Assembly: GCA_964501055.1 (NCBI GenBank)
Contig: CAZCRP010000001.1
Location: forward strand, 1-60,513
Direction: 5' to 3'
Length of the DNA stretch: 60,513 nucleotides
Source of the DNA: an uncultured Acidimicrobiaceae bacterium
GTDB lineage: Bacteria; Actinomycetota; Acidimicrobiia; Spongiisociales; ZC4RG35
Made by a program: the position numbers and the translations under genes. This document shows, one piece after another, positions 46,668 to 56,869 of this stretch (within the stretch, counting starts at the first letter, position 1; each line of letters begins with the position of its first letter). Below the pieces are notes generated by a model. It worked only from the letters and a program-made list of their open reading frames with translations, did not search any database and was not told the origin of the DNA.

Positions 46668-48449
46668 GTGCGTATTTCGAACAGGCAACCATCGCTTCGC
46701 AGCCAGAACTGGTTCAACGATCCCGAGAATCCCGGGATGACGGCGCTCTACCTCGAGCGCTATCTGAACTACGGGCTGACGCCCCAGGAGCTTCTCTCGG
46801 GCAAACCGATCATCGGGATTGCCCAGACCGGAAGCGACCTCGCCCCCTGCAACCGGATCCACGTGGATCTCGCCCGGCGCATGCGCGATGGGATTCGTGA
46901 CGGGGGCGGGATCCCGTTCGAGTTCCCTGTGCATCCGATTCAGGAGACAGGCCGGCGACCGACCGCCGCGCTCGACCGGAACCTCGCGTATCTGGGTCTT
47001 GTCGAGGTTCTCCACGGCTATCCGATCGATGGGGTGATCTTGACCACCGGCTGTGACAAAACCACGCCTGCTTGTTTGATGGCCGCTGCGACCGTGGACA
47101 TCCCCGCCATCGCCATGAACGGCGGCCCGATGCTCGACGGACATTGGAAGGGTGAGCTGGCCGGAGCGGGGACGGTCTTGTGGGAGGGGCGGCGGATGCA
47201 CGCCGCGGGCGAGATCGACTACGACGAGTTCCTGGAGTTGGCGTCCGCGTCGGCTCCCAGCGCCGGACATTGCAACACGATGGGCACGGCCTTGTCGATG
47301 AACACGCTGGCCGAAGCGCTGGGGATGATGCTGCCCGGTGCTGCTTCGATCCCTGCCCCCTACCGGGAGCGTGGCCAGATGGCGTACGACACCGGACGCC
47401 GCATCGTCGAGATGGTGGGTGAGGATCTCACGCCTTCGACGGTGATGACGCGCGAGGCATTCGAAAACGCCATCGTTGTCAACTCGGCGATCGGTGGCTC
47501 AACGAACTGCCCGGTGCACATCACGGCGATAGCTCGTCACGTCGGGGTGGAACTCGATATCGAGGACTGGCAGACCCATGGCTTCGATGTTCCCCTCATC
47601 GTCAACTGTCAACCTGCCGGAACACATCTCGGAGAGGGATTTCACCGGGCCGGCGGGCTTCCGGCGGTGATGGGCGAGCTGATCCGCGCCGGAAAGATCA
47701 ACGCCGGAGCTCTGACGGTTTCCGGCAAGACGATGGGGGAGTTGCACTCCGAACGCGTGGCGTCAGATCGAGACGTGATCCGCACCTACGACGACCCGCT
47801 GATGGTTCAGGCTGGATTCGTGGTGCTCGGCGGGAATCTCTTCGACTCGGCGATAATGAAGACGTCCGTGATCTCGCCAGAGTTCCGGGAACGGTACCTC
47901 TCGACGCCGGGCGAGGAGAACTGTTTCGAGGGGCGTGCCATCGTGTTCGAAGGCCCCGAGGACTATCACGCGCGCATCAACGACCCGGCACTCCGGATCG
48001 ATGACTCCTGCCTGTTATCCATCCGGGGTGTCGGCCCGATCGGCTATCCCGGTTCGGCCGAGGTCGTCAACATGCAGCCCCCCGACGAGATGATCAAGGC
48101 CGGTGTCGTCGACCTTCCGACGATCGGCGACGGGCGGCAGAGCGGCACGTCGGGGAGTCCGTCCATCCTGAACGCATCGCCGGAGGCGGTGACGGGTTCG
48201 GGCCTGGCGATTCTACAAACCGGCGATCGGGTCCGAATCGATCTCAACGCGCGTCGGGTCGATGTACTCATCGACGATGACGAGATGGCCAGGAGGTGGG
48301 AGGAGTACACCCCACCGATGCTGGAACACCAGACGCCGTGGCAGGAGATCTACCGCTTCACGGTCGGTCAGCTCTCGACGGGAGGATGCATGGAGCTCGC
48401 CACCAAGTATCACCAGGTGCGGGTCCATGTGCCCCGCCACTCGCACTGA
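46668..48449 (+). CDS. IlvD/Edd-family dehydratase (sugar-acid / dihydroxy-acid dehydratase)
   Basis: A GTG at 46668 gives [16 protein letters not shown]. Contains [21 protein letters not shown] and GGSTNCPVH. The resulting length of about 593 aa fits the family. The upstream part of the 689-aa ORF looks like non-coding read-through. Confidence 0.85.
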   Translation: MRISNRQPSLRSQNWFNDPENPGMTALYLERYLNYGLTPQELLSGKPIIGIAQTGSDLAPCNRIHVDLARRMRDGIRDGGGIPFEFPVHPIQETGRRPTAALDRNLAYLGLVEVLHGYPIDGVILTTGCDKTTPACLMAAATVDIPAIAMNGGPMLDGHWKGELAGAGTVLWEGRRMHAAGEIDYDEFLELASASAPSAGHCNTMGTALSMNTLAEALGMMLPGAASIPAPYRERGQMAYDTGRRIVEMVGEDLTPSTVMTREAFENAIVVNSAIGGSTNCPVHITAIARHVGVELDIEDWQTHGFDVPLIVNCQPAGTHLGEGFHRAGGLPAVMGELIRAGKINAGALTVSGKTMGELHSERVASDRDVIRTYDDPLMVQAGFVVLGGNLFDSAIMKTSVISPEFRERYLSTPGEENCFEGRAIVFEGPEDYHARINDPALRIDDSCLLSIRGVGPIGYPGSAEVVNMQPPDEMIKAGVVDLPTIGDGRQSGTSGSPSILNASPEAVTGSGLAILQTGDRVRIDLNARRVDVLIDDDEMARRWEEYTPPMLEHQTPWQEIYRFTVGQLSTGGCMELATKYHQVRVHVPRHSH

Positions 48450-48570
48450 GATCGCTCGAACCATGGACTGCCCAGGCGACTGAATAGGCTAGTTGTTTGC
48501 GGGCGACGCCGATGTGATCGTGTAGCGCTTGTTGAGATAGCAGACGCCTGTGGTGACGGTGACCCGGTGA

Positions 48571-48860
48571 AGACTGGGAGGGGTCCCGATCGGTCGATCG
48601 GTGGCACCGATCTTGGGGGAGGTCGAGACGCTCGACCAACTGGAAGAGTTGCTTGCACTCGACGTCGATGCGGTCCTCCTCGACGACATGGACCACCACA
48701 CGCTACGTCGAGCGGTGAGGAAAGTCGACGGCCGCCTGGTCACCGAGGCTTCAGGAGAAATCACCGAGGCCATTGCTGAGGTGGCGGGTGGGCGGGGTCC
48801 ACTACGTCTCGGTGGGATGGATCACTCACTCCCCCGCTCTCGATGTGTCCCCTCGAAAGC
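48571..48860 (+). pseudogene. Nicotinate-nucleotide pyrophosphorylase (NadC-like) C-terminal fragment, frameshifted
   Basis: GEVETLDQLEELLALDVDAVLLDDMD...EASGEIT, then GVHYVSVGWITHSPALDVS in another frame. There is no N-terminal two-thirds. Confidence 0.5.
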
Positions 48861-48944
48861 GATGCCTCTCGGAACGCCGGGGGTCGGCGCTGAGCGAGCC
48901 GAAGCGAACCAAGGGCTACACCTGCACGGGGTGTGTTCGTCGAA

Positions 48945-50018
48945 TCAGCCGACAGGTCGACGGCCGAAGTCGCTGAAGTGACAGGTGGTGGGGTGTGACT
49001 GACCCGACCGGATCTTCATCGGCGGCTCGTCGGTCGTGCAGATCTCCTCGGCACGCCAGCAGCGGGTACGGAACCGGCATCCGCTGGGCGGATCCGATGG
49101 ACTGGGGATGTTGTCCGAGAGTAGAATCCGCTGCTCCTTGCGCACCGCCCCGGGCTCCGGGACCGGAACGGCCGAGAGGAGCGCCTGGGTGTACGGGTGA
49201 AGCGGCTCGTTGTAGATCTGGTCGCGAGTTCCGATCTCGACCATACGCCCCAGATACATGACGGCGACCCGGTCGGAAATGTGACGCACGACGGAGAGGT
49301 CGTGGGCGATGAAGATGTACGCGAGCCCAAGCTCCTCTTGAAGTTCTTCGAGCAGGTTGACCACTTGCGCCTGAATCGAGACGTCCAGCGCCGATACCGG
49401 CTCGTCCAGCACGAGGAGTTGGGGATTGAGGGCGAGCGACCGAGCGATCCCGATCCGCTGCCGCTGTCCACCAGAGAACTCGTGCGGCAGTCGTTTGCGC
49501 TGATCGGGACTCAACCCGACCTGGCGCATCAGCTCCACCACCTTGTCATCCGTGTCCTCGTCGGCGAGTCCGTGAAGCCGAAAGGGTTCGCTGATGATCT
49601 CCTTCACCATGAGGCGGGGATTGAGCGAGGCGAAAGGATCCTGAAACACGATCTGCATGTCGCGGCGCACCGGCTTCATCTGCGACCGCGACATCTCGCT
49701 GATGTCTCGACCCTTGAACACCACCTTTCCGGCGGTGGGCTCGAGAAGTCGAATGATCGTCCTCCCCGCCGTGGTCTTCCCGCAGCCAGACTCCCCCACC
49801 AATCCGAGCGTCTCCCCGGCGTTCAGGGTGAGGTCCAGCCCGTCCACGGCCTGAACATGTCCGACGGTCCGACGCAGCACGCCGGCCTTGATCGGGAAGT
49901 GCTTCTTCAGCCCCTCGACTCTGAGCAGCTCCTTGCCGATGGGAACGGGAGTCTCGTCCCATGGAGCGTCCGGGCCGAGGGCCTCGATGGTGGGAGGACC
50001 GGCAGCAGTGATGTTCAT
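48945..50018 (-). CDS. Oligopeptide/dipeptide ABC transporter ATP-binding protein (OppF/DppF type)
   Basis: Walker A GESGCGKT, signature SGGQRQR, and a C-terminal oligopeptide-type Cys-rich tail (GCRFRTRC). Confidence 0.9.
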   Translation of the reverse strand: MNITAAGPPTIEALGPDAPWDETPVPIGKELLRVEGLKKHFPIKAGVLRRTVGHVQAVDGLDLTLNAGETLGLVGESGCGKTTAGRTIIRLLEPTAGKVVFKGRDISEMSRSQMKPVRRDMQIVFQDPFASLNPRLMVKEIISEPFRLHGLADEDTDDKVVELMRQVGLSPDQRKRLPHEFSGGQRQRIGIARSLALNPQLLVLDEPVSALDVSIQAQVVNLLEELQEELGLAYIFIAHDLSVVRHISDRVAVMYLGRMVEIGTRDQIYNEPLHPYTQALLSAVPVPEPGAVRKEQRILLSDNIPSPSDPPSGCRFRTRCWRAEEICTTDEPPMKIRSGQSHPTTCHFSDFGRRPVG

Positions 50019-51064
50019 CGGGGACTCACTTCGGTATCGGACTCGATCTTCATCTCCGAACGCAGTCGCTCGGCATACTCGGGCACTTCATCGACGAAGT
50101 GACAACGGGAGGCGCGTGCCGGCCCGATCTCGTGAAGTTCAGGCATGTCCGTGAAACACGTCTCGCGGCCCTTCATCAGGTCGCAGCGATCGTGGAATCG
50201 GCATCCCGACGGGAAGTTGCTGGCGTTGGGAGGATTCCCCCGAATCGGTATCAGACGCTCCGCCTGCGCGTCGAGACGCGGCAGACTCGTCAAGAGGCCG
50301 ATGGTGTATGGATGGCGTGGAGCCATGAACACGTCCTCGACCGAGCCGGTTTCCACGATCTGGCCGGCGTACATAACGACCACCCGGTCGGCCATTTCGG
50401 CGATGACGCCGAGGTCGTGGGTGATCAGGATCGTCGAGGCGTGCGCCTCCTCTTTTGCCCGGATCAGCACGTTGAGCACCTGAGCCTGGATGGTGACGTC
50501 GAGGGCCGTGGTCGGCTCGTCGGCGATGAGGAGCCTGGGCCGGTTTGCCATCGCCATGGCGATCATCACCCGTTGCCGCATCCCGCCCGAGTACTCGTGG
50601 GGATACTGCTTGAGACGCTGCTGAGGATTGGGGACACCCACGACGGACAGCAACTGGATCGCCTGTTCCTCCGCGGCGTCATCGGAGAGGTCCGGGTCGT
50701 GGGTCTGCAGCATCTCGGTGATTTGGAAGCCGATGGTGAAAACAGGGTTGAGAGCGGTCATGGCGTCCTGGAAGATCATCCCGATCTCGCGGCCCCGAAT
50801 CTTGCGCATCTCCCTATTGCCCATCGCCAAGAGGTCGTCACCGTCGAAGTGGGCGGTACCGCTCTCGATGTTGCCGGGCGGCGTCGGGATGAGGCCCAGC
50901 AGCGACATGACCGTGACGCTCTTCCCGGACCCGGATTCGCCGACGATGCCAAGGGTCTCACCGGGGTACACCTCGAAGCTCACGCCGTCGACCGCGCGCA
51001 CACGAGCCCGAGCTGTTCCGAAGGTGACCCGCAGGTCCTCGACCCGCAGCAGTGCCCCTTCCAT
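50015..51064 (-). CDS. Oligopeptide/dipeptide ABC transporter ATP-binding protein (OppD/DppD type)
   Basis: The ATG at 51064 follows GAGGAG plus 6 nt. Walker A GESGSGKS, signature SGGMRQR, and GCRFHDRC. The ATGA overlaps the downstream ATPase gene. Confidence 0.9.
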   Translation of the reverse strand: MEGALLRVEDLRVTFGTARARVRAVDGVSFEVYPGETLGIVGESGSGKSVTVMSLLGLIPTPPGNIESGTAHFDGDDLLAMGNREMRKIRGREIGMIFQDAMTALNPVFTIGFQITEMLQTHDPDLSDDAAEEQAIQLLSVVGVPNPQQRLKQYPHEYSGGMRQRVMIAMAMANRPRLLIADEPTTALDVTIQAQVLNVLIRAKEEAHASTILITHDLGVIAEMADRVVVMYAGQIVETGSVEDVFMAPRHPYTIGLLTSLPRLDAQAERLIPIRGNPPNASNFPSGCRFHDRCDLMKGRETCFTDMPELHEIGPARASRCHFVDEVPEYAERLRSEMKIESDTEVSPR

Positions 51065-51342
51065 CGTCGTGCTCCTCATCGATTGACCAACAACCTGTAG
51101 CTTCCCGGGGTCGGGCGACGATAACGCGTCGCGCGACTGTTCGACGCCTCCCGAACGCTGGCGACCCCGGTCGCGGGATCCGTGTCCGGGCAGCCTGGAC
51201 GATCGAGTAGTCTAGAGCCTCGGTTTTGACTGATGAATCATCCGTCTCGCACCGTGCATCGCTCAGTCTCGTCACGCTATGGTGCGGCCGATCACATGAC
51301 ACGAGCGAACGGACTCGACCGACCGACCTCGGGACCGGACGG
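51065..51342. promoter_or_regulatory. Divergent control region between the ABC ATPase pair and the permease/SBP genes
   Basis: Gap of about 280 bp between oppositely oriented transporter genes. Confidence 0.3.
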
Positions 51343-52329
51343 ATGGAGCCACTCGTGGCGGGTCGTGCGGGCGAAAGGCAGGCAGGCGTGACCAGTGCGA
51401 CGGACGAGGGCATCCGAGACGTCACCCAAGGAGAGGCCACTCCGCCTCCGCCGTCCGGACGTGGACGCGGTCCGATCGAGTTTGTCGTTTCCACGTTCCG
51501 TCGCAGTCCGAGCCTCGTGGTCGGAACGACGGTCATCCTCATTCTCAGCCTGCTGGCCGTACTCGCCCCCGTACTCTCGCCGTACGATCCCAGGGCGCTC
51601 GATCCGCTGGATCGCTTCCTGCCGCCCAGCGCCGACCATTGGTTCGGAACCGACGAACTAGGACGCGACATCTGGAGCCGTTCGCTCTTCGGGGCGAGAG
51701 TGTCACTCGCCACGGCCGGGCTCGCCGTACTGATCGGAATGGCGATCGGCGTTCCGCTCGGGCTCATCTCGGGATATTTCGGCAAGTGGTCCGACGCCAT
51801 CATCATGCGCTACGTCGACGTGCAGATCGCCGTTCCCGGGATTCTGCTGGCGATGATGATCATCCTCTTCGTAGGCAGAGGGTTCTTCGCACTCGTCGTC
51901 GCGATCGGGATCGGTTCCATCCCCAACTTCTCGCGGATCGTGAGGGCGTCCACGCTCTCCATCCAGGAAGAGGAGTATGTCGCCGCCGTGAAAGCGCTGG
52001 GCGCTGGACACCTCTACACGATGGTCCGCACCATCCTCCCGAACGCGATGGGTCCGATCATCGTGCAGGCGGTCATCACCGCTGCGGTCGCCGTGCTGCT
52101 GGAAGCCTCACTGTCCTTCCTCGGTCTCGGCACAGTCCCGCCGACCCCGAGTTGGGGCGCGATGCTGCAAACCGGGAAGGGATACATGAACGAGGCCCCC
52201 CACTATTCGATCATGCCCGGGATCCTGCTCACGATCACCATCATCGCCCTCGATCTGATGGGTAGGGGACTCCAGACACTGCGGGGCAGCTCCGCCTCCG
52301 CCACCGCCGAACTCGAAGGCCGGGCATGA
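51343..52329 (+). CDS. ABC transporter permease (DppC/OppC type)
   Basis: Contains DHWFGTDELGRDIWSR and the EAA-like loop AAVKALGAGHLYTMVRTILPN. The start is uncertain (ATG 51343 or GTG 51388). Confidence 0.8.
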   Translation: MEPLVAGRAGERQAGVTSATDEGIRDVTQGEATPPPPSGRGRGPIEFVVSTFRRSPSLVVGTTVILILSLLAVLAPVLSPYDPRALDPLDRFLPPSADHWFGTDELGRDIWSRSLFGARVSLATAGLAVLIGMAIGVPLGLISGYFGKWSDAIIMRYVDVQIAVPGILLAMMIILFVGRGFFALVVAIGIGSIPNFSRIVRASTLSIQEEEYVAAVKALGAGHLYTMVRTILPNAMGPIIVQAVITAAVAVLLEASLSFLGLGTVPPTPSWGAMLQTGKGYMNEAPHYSIMPGILLTITIIALDLMGRGLQTLRGSSASATAELEGRA

Positions 52330-53273
52330 CCACCTACATAATCCGGCGCTTCCTCCAGACGGTCCCGACGATCTTCATCGCGTCCGTCCTGGTATGGGCG
52401 ATGGTGTACGCCCTTCCCGGCGACCCCGTGGTCGCCATTCTCGGCGAGGACGCCAACCCGGGGGCAATCGCCGCCGAACGAGCCCGCTTGGGTCTCGACA
52501 AGCCGATCTACGCCCAGTATCTCACCTGGATCGGCAACGTCTTCCAGGGAGACCTCGGCTTTTCCTACTTCGGTGGCGAGCCCGTGATCGACCGTATCCG
52601 TCGGCGCGTCATGCCCACCGTGCAACTCGGCTTCGTAGCTTTCGTCATCGCCTGCATTCTCGCACTCCCGATCGCCGCTTTCGGCTCACTCAGGCCGAAG
52701 TCGCTCGCAGGTCGTGCCGTCAGCGTGCAAAGCGTGTTGTCGCTCAGCGTTCCCACCTTCTGGGTCGGCGTCCTCTTCATCCTGTTCTTTGCAGTGCAGT
52801 GGAACATCTTCCCGTCCGTGTCCGATTATTACCCGCTGTGGTCGGATCCGTGGCTCGCCCTTAAGAGCATCTTCCTTCCGGGCCTCACCCTCGGGATCTT
52901 CGTGTCCGCCATCTTCGGTCGGTTCCTCCGCCAGGCACTCACCGAGGTGCTGAGCAAGGACTACGTGCGCACCGCCCGCTCGAAGGGACTGCGAGAGGGC
53001 ATCGTCGTCGGCCGTCATGCGCTCAGGAATGCCTTGCTGCCCTTTGTGACCATCGCCGGACTACAGATGAGCAGCTTCATCAGCGGATCGGTGGTCACCG
53101 AGTCGGTGTTCAGCTACCCCGGCATCGGGCGCCTCATATACACCGCCATCCTGCAGCGGGACTACGCCCTGATTCAGGGAACGACCTTGCTGATCGTGGT
53201 GGCGGTGACTGTCATCAATCTCGTGGTCGACGTCATCTACGCCTACCTCGACCCACGGATCTCGTATTCGTGA
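52326..53273 (+). CDS. ABC transporter permease (DppB/OppB type)
   Basis: ATGA overlap at the start. Begins MTTYIIRRFLQTVPTIFI and contains DYVRTARSKGL. Confidence 0.9.
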   Translation: MTTYIIRRFLQTVPTIFIASVLVWAMVYALPGDPVVAILGEDANPGAIAAERARLGLDKPIYAQYLTWIGNVFQGDLGFSYFGGEPVIDRIRRRVMPTVQLGFVAFVIACILALPIAAFGSLRPKSLAGRAVSVQSVLSLSVPTFWVGVLFILFFAVQWNIFPSVSDYYPLWSDPWLALKSIFLPGLTLGIFVSAIFGRFLRQALTEVLSKDYVRTARSKGLREGIVVGRHALRNALLPFVTIAGLQMSSFISGSVVTESVFSYPGIGRLIYTAILQRDYALIQGTTLLIVVAVTVINLVVDVIYAYLDPRISYS

Positions 53274-53427
53274 CTAGATTTCAGTTATTCAGATATGGTT
53301 TCAGAATTGTCGATCTCGTGGCCACTGGGCCGGAACTCGGCATGTGCTGGGTTCGTTCACCAAGGACGATCCCGGACGGGAGACAGCCGCGCACCGTGCG
53401 GACTGATCGTAGGAGGAAGGAAACACA
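53274..53427. promoter_or_regulatory. Intergenic region upstream of the SBP gene, with TTCAG repeats and a strong RBS
   Basis: AT-rich gatTTCAGttatTCAGatatggtTTCAGaatt at 53277-53308. GTAGGAGGAAGGAAAC lies just before the ATG at 53428. Confidence 0.3.
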
Positions 53428-55047
53428 ATGAGAACACGACCACACGCGCTGGTCAGGATGCTTGCACTGTTCACAGTGCTGGCGATGGTCCTGGTCGCTT
53501 GCGGAGGTGACGAAGCCTCTGAAGAGGAGACGACCACCACCATCGAGACCACCACCACCGAGGCAGGGTCCGAAGAAACCACGACTACCGAAGCGATGGG
53601 AGAGAGCGAAGGCGGAACCCTAAGAGTCGGGATCCGAGATGACATCCAGCGCTGGGACTCCAGCCGGGTGCAGGTCATCTTCTTTGCCATCCACCGGAAT
53701 ATCTACGACACGCTGGCGGACTATCAAGACGGCCTGAATGCCGTCCCACAGCTCGCCACCGGCTGGGAGATCAACGACGCCCAGGACTCGGTCACGATCA
53801 CCCTACGTGAGGGCGTGCTGTTCCACTCCGGTCGGGAGATGACCGCAGAGGACGTGGCTGCCAACCTCGCGGTCTTCATTGACCCCGACACCGGCAACCA
53901 GACCTACGGCCCGACGTCCGGTGCCGTCGAGAACTGGGAGGTCACCGGGGATTACGAGATCGTCGTGAACTTCAAGCAGCCCACCGCAGAGCTGCAGATC
54001 ACCGACCTGCTCACATCGTGGGCCATCGGAGATCCCGAGTTCTTCGACGTGTACGACCAGCAGGGCCAGGGAACCGGACCCTTCAAGTTTGTCGAGTGGG
54101 TCCCGGGTGAGAGGATCACGCTGGAGGCCAACACGGACTATTGGGGCGAGGGCCCGTACATCGACGGCATCGAATACCGGATCTTCGGTGATGCCGACGC
54201 CATGGCTTCAGCACTCGAGGCGGGTGACATCGATGTGTTTTTCAACCCCGATGCGCCCGTCGCCAGCCGACTGGAAGGAAGAGGATTCACAACGGTGGCT
54301 GCACCTCCCGGTGCGATCATCGACGAGATCCGCATCAATCCCGAGGAGCCGCCGTTCGACAACATCAACGTCCGTCTGGCCCTGAACTACGCGACTGATC
54401 TCGAGTCGTTGAACGAGGCGCTGAACTCTGGACTGGGTACGGTCGTGAAACTGCCGTACGCCCCTACGTCACCAGCCTACGACGAGGCATTGGCCGCCGA
54501 GATGGCCTATGACATCGATCGCGCTCGCGAGTTGCTCGAAACGTCGGGTGTTCCAGAGAGCGAGTGGACGGCCACCATGCTCGTGTCCTCGGCGAGCACG
54601 GCGGCGCAGTTGGCAGCGCAGATCATCCAGCAGTCGATGGCCGAAATCGGGTTCACGGTCGAGATCGAACTTGTCGATGCGGCGGCTTTCACCGAAAAGC
54701 TGCTCGCCGGCGACTTCCAGTTCCTGTGGGGAGGCATCGGGAATGCCCAGAAGTACCCGACCCGCATCACCACCAACTCGATCTACCGCGCATCGGATAA
54801 CCCGGTGTTCGACGTCGATTCCGTCGTGCCGGACTATCCGGTTGCGGTCGCAGCCGCCAACGCAGCAGTGACCGAGGAAGAGCAGGCAGACGCATTCGCC
54901 GAACTCAACCGTGTGCTCACGGAGAACCTGTGGGTCGTGACGGGTGTCGCCCGTCCGATGCTGACCACAACGGCTCCGTACGTCACCGGCGCCTACAAGG
55001 ACATCGATGCACAGGACCGATTCCACCTGGTCCGTATCGAGCGCTGA
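53428..55047 (+). CDS. Family-5 peptide/nickel ABC substrate-binding lipoprotein
   Basis: Signal peptide with an LVAC lipobox, a Thr/Glu-rich linker, GTGPFKFVEW and DYWG. Confidence 0.9.
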   Translation: MRTRPHALVRMLALFTVLAMVLVACGGDEASEEETTTTIETTTTEAGSEETTTTEAMGESEGGTLRVGIRDDIQRWDSSRVQVIFFAIHRNIYDTLADYQDGLNAVPQLATGWEINDAQDSVTITLREGVLFHSGREMTAEDVAANLAVFIDPDTGNQTYGPTSGAVENWEVTGDYEIVVNFKQPTAELQITDLLTSWAIGDPEFFDVYDQQGQGTGPFKFVEWVPGERITLEANTDYWGEGPYIDGIEYRIFGDADAMASALEAGDIDVFFNPDAPVASRLEGRGFTTVAAPPGAIIDEIRINPEEPPFDNINVRLALNYATDLESLNEALNSGLGTVVKLPYAPTSPAYDEALAAEMAYDIDRARELLETSGVPESEWTATMLVSSASTAAQLAAQIIQQSMAEIGFTVEIELVDAAAFTEKLLAGDFQFLWGGIGNAQKYPTRITTNSIYRASDNPVFDVDSVVPDYPVAVAAANAAVTEEEQADAFAELNRVLTENLWVVTGVARPMLTTTAPYVTGAYKDIDAQDRFHLVRIER

Positions 55048-55052
55048 GACAC

Positions 55053-55114
55053 GAGTCCCTCTAGGGACTCTCGACTACGGCGAGGCCGGCACACGAGTGC
55101 CGGCCTCGCCTTTT
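55053..55114 (+). terminator. Two hairpins after the SBP gene; the second is a canonical intrinsic terminator
   Basis: First hairpin: GAGTCCC-tcta-GGGACTC. Second: perfect 14-bp stem GGCGAGGCCGGCAC-acga-GTGCCGGCCTCGCC followed by TTTT (55079-55114). Confidence 0.65.
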
Positions 55115-55124
55115 CAGGAGCAGA

Positions 55125-55260
55125 ATGAACACACCGGTCCTCATTCGCAACGGCACCGTCGTGGACGGAACCCGCGCGCTTCCACGGCAGGCAAGCGTGG
55201 CCGTCTCCGAAGGGCACATCGCCGCCGTCGGGGACCCCACCAGGAAGTGCCTCCGTCGCC
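55125..55260 (+). pseudogene. Amidohydrolase/D-aminoacylase N-terminal fragment (about 40 codons)
   Basis: MNTPVLIRNGTVVDGTRALPRQASVAVSEGHIAAVGDP follows an AGGAG RBS. Homology ends before the HxH metal motif. Confidence 0.4.
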
Positions 55261-55329
55261 GAGGTTCCGGCGTAGTCGAGGGACGCATTGGGAGTAGCGA
55301 ATGGCTGATGTGATCGATCAACTGCGGGC

Positions 55330-55677
55330 ATATCCCGCAGCTTTGCCAGGCCCCGCTCTGCGTGTGTGCGAACCGATGCCCGGGAGATATCGTCTTGAGT
55401 TTGGCGGCCCGCCTTTCAATGAGGTCAGTCAAGTATTCATCGAGATTCAGCCCTCCGACCATTCTCCGATCCTGCCAAGTGGGAGTTCGTATTGAACCAA
55501 GTCTGTCATCTTGGTGGCGGACCCGGCTGAACCGAACCGATGCTCGTGCCACCAGGAACGGAAGGGTCCATCGATCTGTTCGTCGACGAAACGCTTCGGC
55601 CGGTAGAACTCGGTGATGCGGGAATGAGCCTCCAGCGATGCCGAGATGTGTGGCTTCCCAGGTGACTTCGTCGCCAT
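55330..55677 (-). pseudogene. SRPBCC-superfamily fragment, N-terminally truncated and frameshifted
   Basis: Contains RITEFYRPKRFVDEQIDGPFRSWWHEHRF...MTDLVQYELPLGRIG. The expected C-terminal helix (LNLDEYLTDLIERRAAKL) is in another frame. Confidence 0.4.
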
Positions 55678-55695
55678 GACTGGACGGTGGATGAG

Positions 55696-55711
55696 TTATC
55701 GGATATGATAA
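55696..55711. promoter_or_regulatory. Palindrome upstream of the NTase/HTH pair (candidate operator)
   Basis: TTATC-ggatat-GATAA in an AT-rich patch, 26 nt before the ATG at 55737. Confidence 0.25.
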
Positions 55712-55736
55712 TCTAGTGACTGAGGTGAGTTCGACT

Positions 55737-56405
55737 ATGAAGCGGGTTCTGGCATCCGCTGCCCGACTGCAGGAGGTCGTGCCCGACGCAGTCCTGGTCG
55801 GAGGCTCGGCCGCGGCGCTCCACGCCGGTCACCGCGACTCATTCGACCACGATCACGTCCTGGCTGATCTGGTGGATCGGTATGAAGCGGTGCTGGAAGC
55901 CGTTGAGGCAGCCGAGGGGTGGGCGACATCCGTACGGGCTTCGAAGCCCCCGTTCACCATCATGGGCAGCCTCTGGGGTGTTGAGGCTGGCCTCCGCCAG
56001 ATGCGTCGGGTACGACCCCTGGAAACCTGTGAGGTCGCCGTGGGTGAAGATGCAGTGGTCGTAGCGCCCACTGCACCGGAGGCGTTACGCGTCAAGGCGT
56101 TTCTCGTCGTTCAGCGAAACGTGGTCCGTGACTACCTCGACGTCGTCGCGCTTGCTGAGCATCTCGGACTCGACACCGCGGTCGAGATCCTCTCCGACAT
56201 CGATGCCTACTACGTGGATCGGTCGGGCGAGCCGGGATCGGTCCTCACCTCGCTCGTGATTGCACTTGCCGATCCGAAGCCACGGGATACCGAGGTGATC
56301 AGCGAACTGCCCCGTTACAAGGGCCTCGCGTTGCGATATCACCGATGGGACGATGTCGTCGAAGTCTGTCACGCACTGGCGCTTCGATTGGGCGGAGCGG
56401 TCTGA
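55737..56405 (+). CDS. Nucleotidyltransferase-fold protein (AbiEii/MNT-like signature)
   Basis: The ATG follows GAGGTGAG. VLVGGSAAALHAGHRDSFDHDHVL matches the minimal NTase pattern hG[GS]-x(9-13)-DhD. 222 aa, alpha-helical C-terminal half. Confidence 0.6.
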   Translation: MKRVLASAARLQEVVPDAVLVGGSAAALHAGHRDSFDHDHVLADLVDRYEAVLEAVEAAEGWATSVRASKPPFTIMGSLWGVEAGLRQMRRVRPLETCEVAVGEDAVVVAPTAPEALRVKAFLVVQRNVVRDYLDVVALAEHLGLDTAVEILSDIDAYYVDRSGEPGSVLTSLVIALADPKPRDTEVISELPRYKGLALRYHRWDDVVEVCHALALRLGGAV

Positions 56406-56860
56406 TGCCGGTCGAGTTCCGTAACGTCGACGCGTCGCCGGAGGATGACGTCCGCACCTGGCCCTACGAGGCGCTCGTCACAGTGATCGATCGGGGGCTT
56501 GTAGGCGACTGGCAGCCGATCTTTGCCGAGCTGCGTCGATCCCCATGGGGACGGGTGGCACGCCGTGTCGAGCAATATCTCTCCTACCGCGAGCCCGACG
56601 GTGTGAGCACACTGTTCGCCCTCGCCATCGAGAACGCCCGCGTCGATGTTGAGCAAACAGATCGAGCCGAGGTGGCAACCCGGGTCCGCGACGCTGTCAA
56701 CCGCTCCGGGCTCACCAACCGCGAGTTCGCGCGGCTCGTGGGAACAAGTGGTTCCCGACTCAGCACCTACCTGAGCGGCAAGGTCACTCCGTCAGCCGCG
56801 ATGCTCGTGAGAATCGAACGGACCGCTAGGACCCTGCGGCACCCTTCGGCGATCGGGTGA
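56405..56860 (+). CDS. XRE-type HTH protein with an uncharacterised N-terminal domain
   Basis: TGATG overlap with the upstream gene. C-terminal HTH LTNREFARLVGTSGSRLSTYLSGKVTPSAAMLVRIE. Confidence 0.7.
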   Translation: MPVEFRNVDASPEDDVRTWPYEALVTVIDRGLVGDWQPIFAELRRSPWGRVARRVEQYLSYREPDGVSTLFALAIENARVDVEQTDRAEVATRVRDAVNRSGLTNREFARLVGTSGSRLSTYLSGKVTPSAAMLVRIERTARTLRHPSAIG

Positions 56861-56869
56861 GTCTCGCCT

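Noticed and set aside
53500-53600. Repetitive acc/gag-rich DNA suggesting a tandem repeat.
   Set aside because: It encodes the Thr/Glu-rich linker after the lipobox of the substrate-binding lipoprotein. This is low-complexity coding sequence, not a repeat element.
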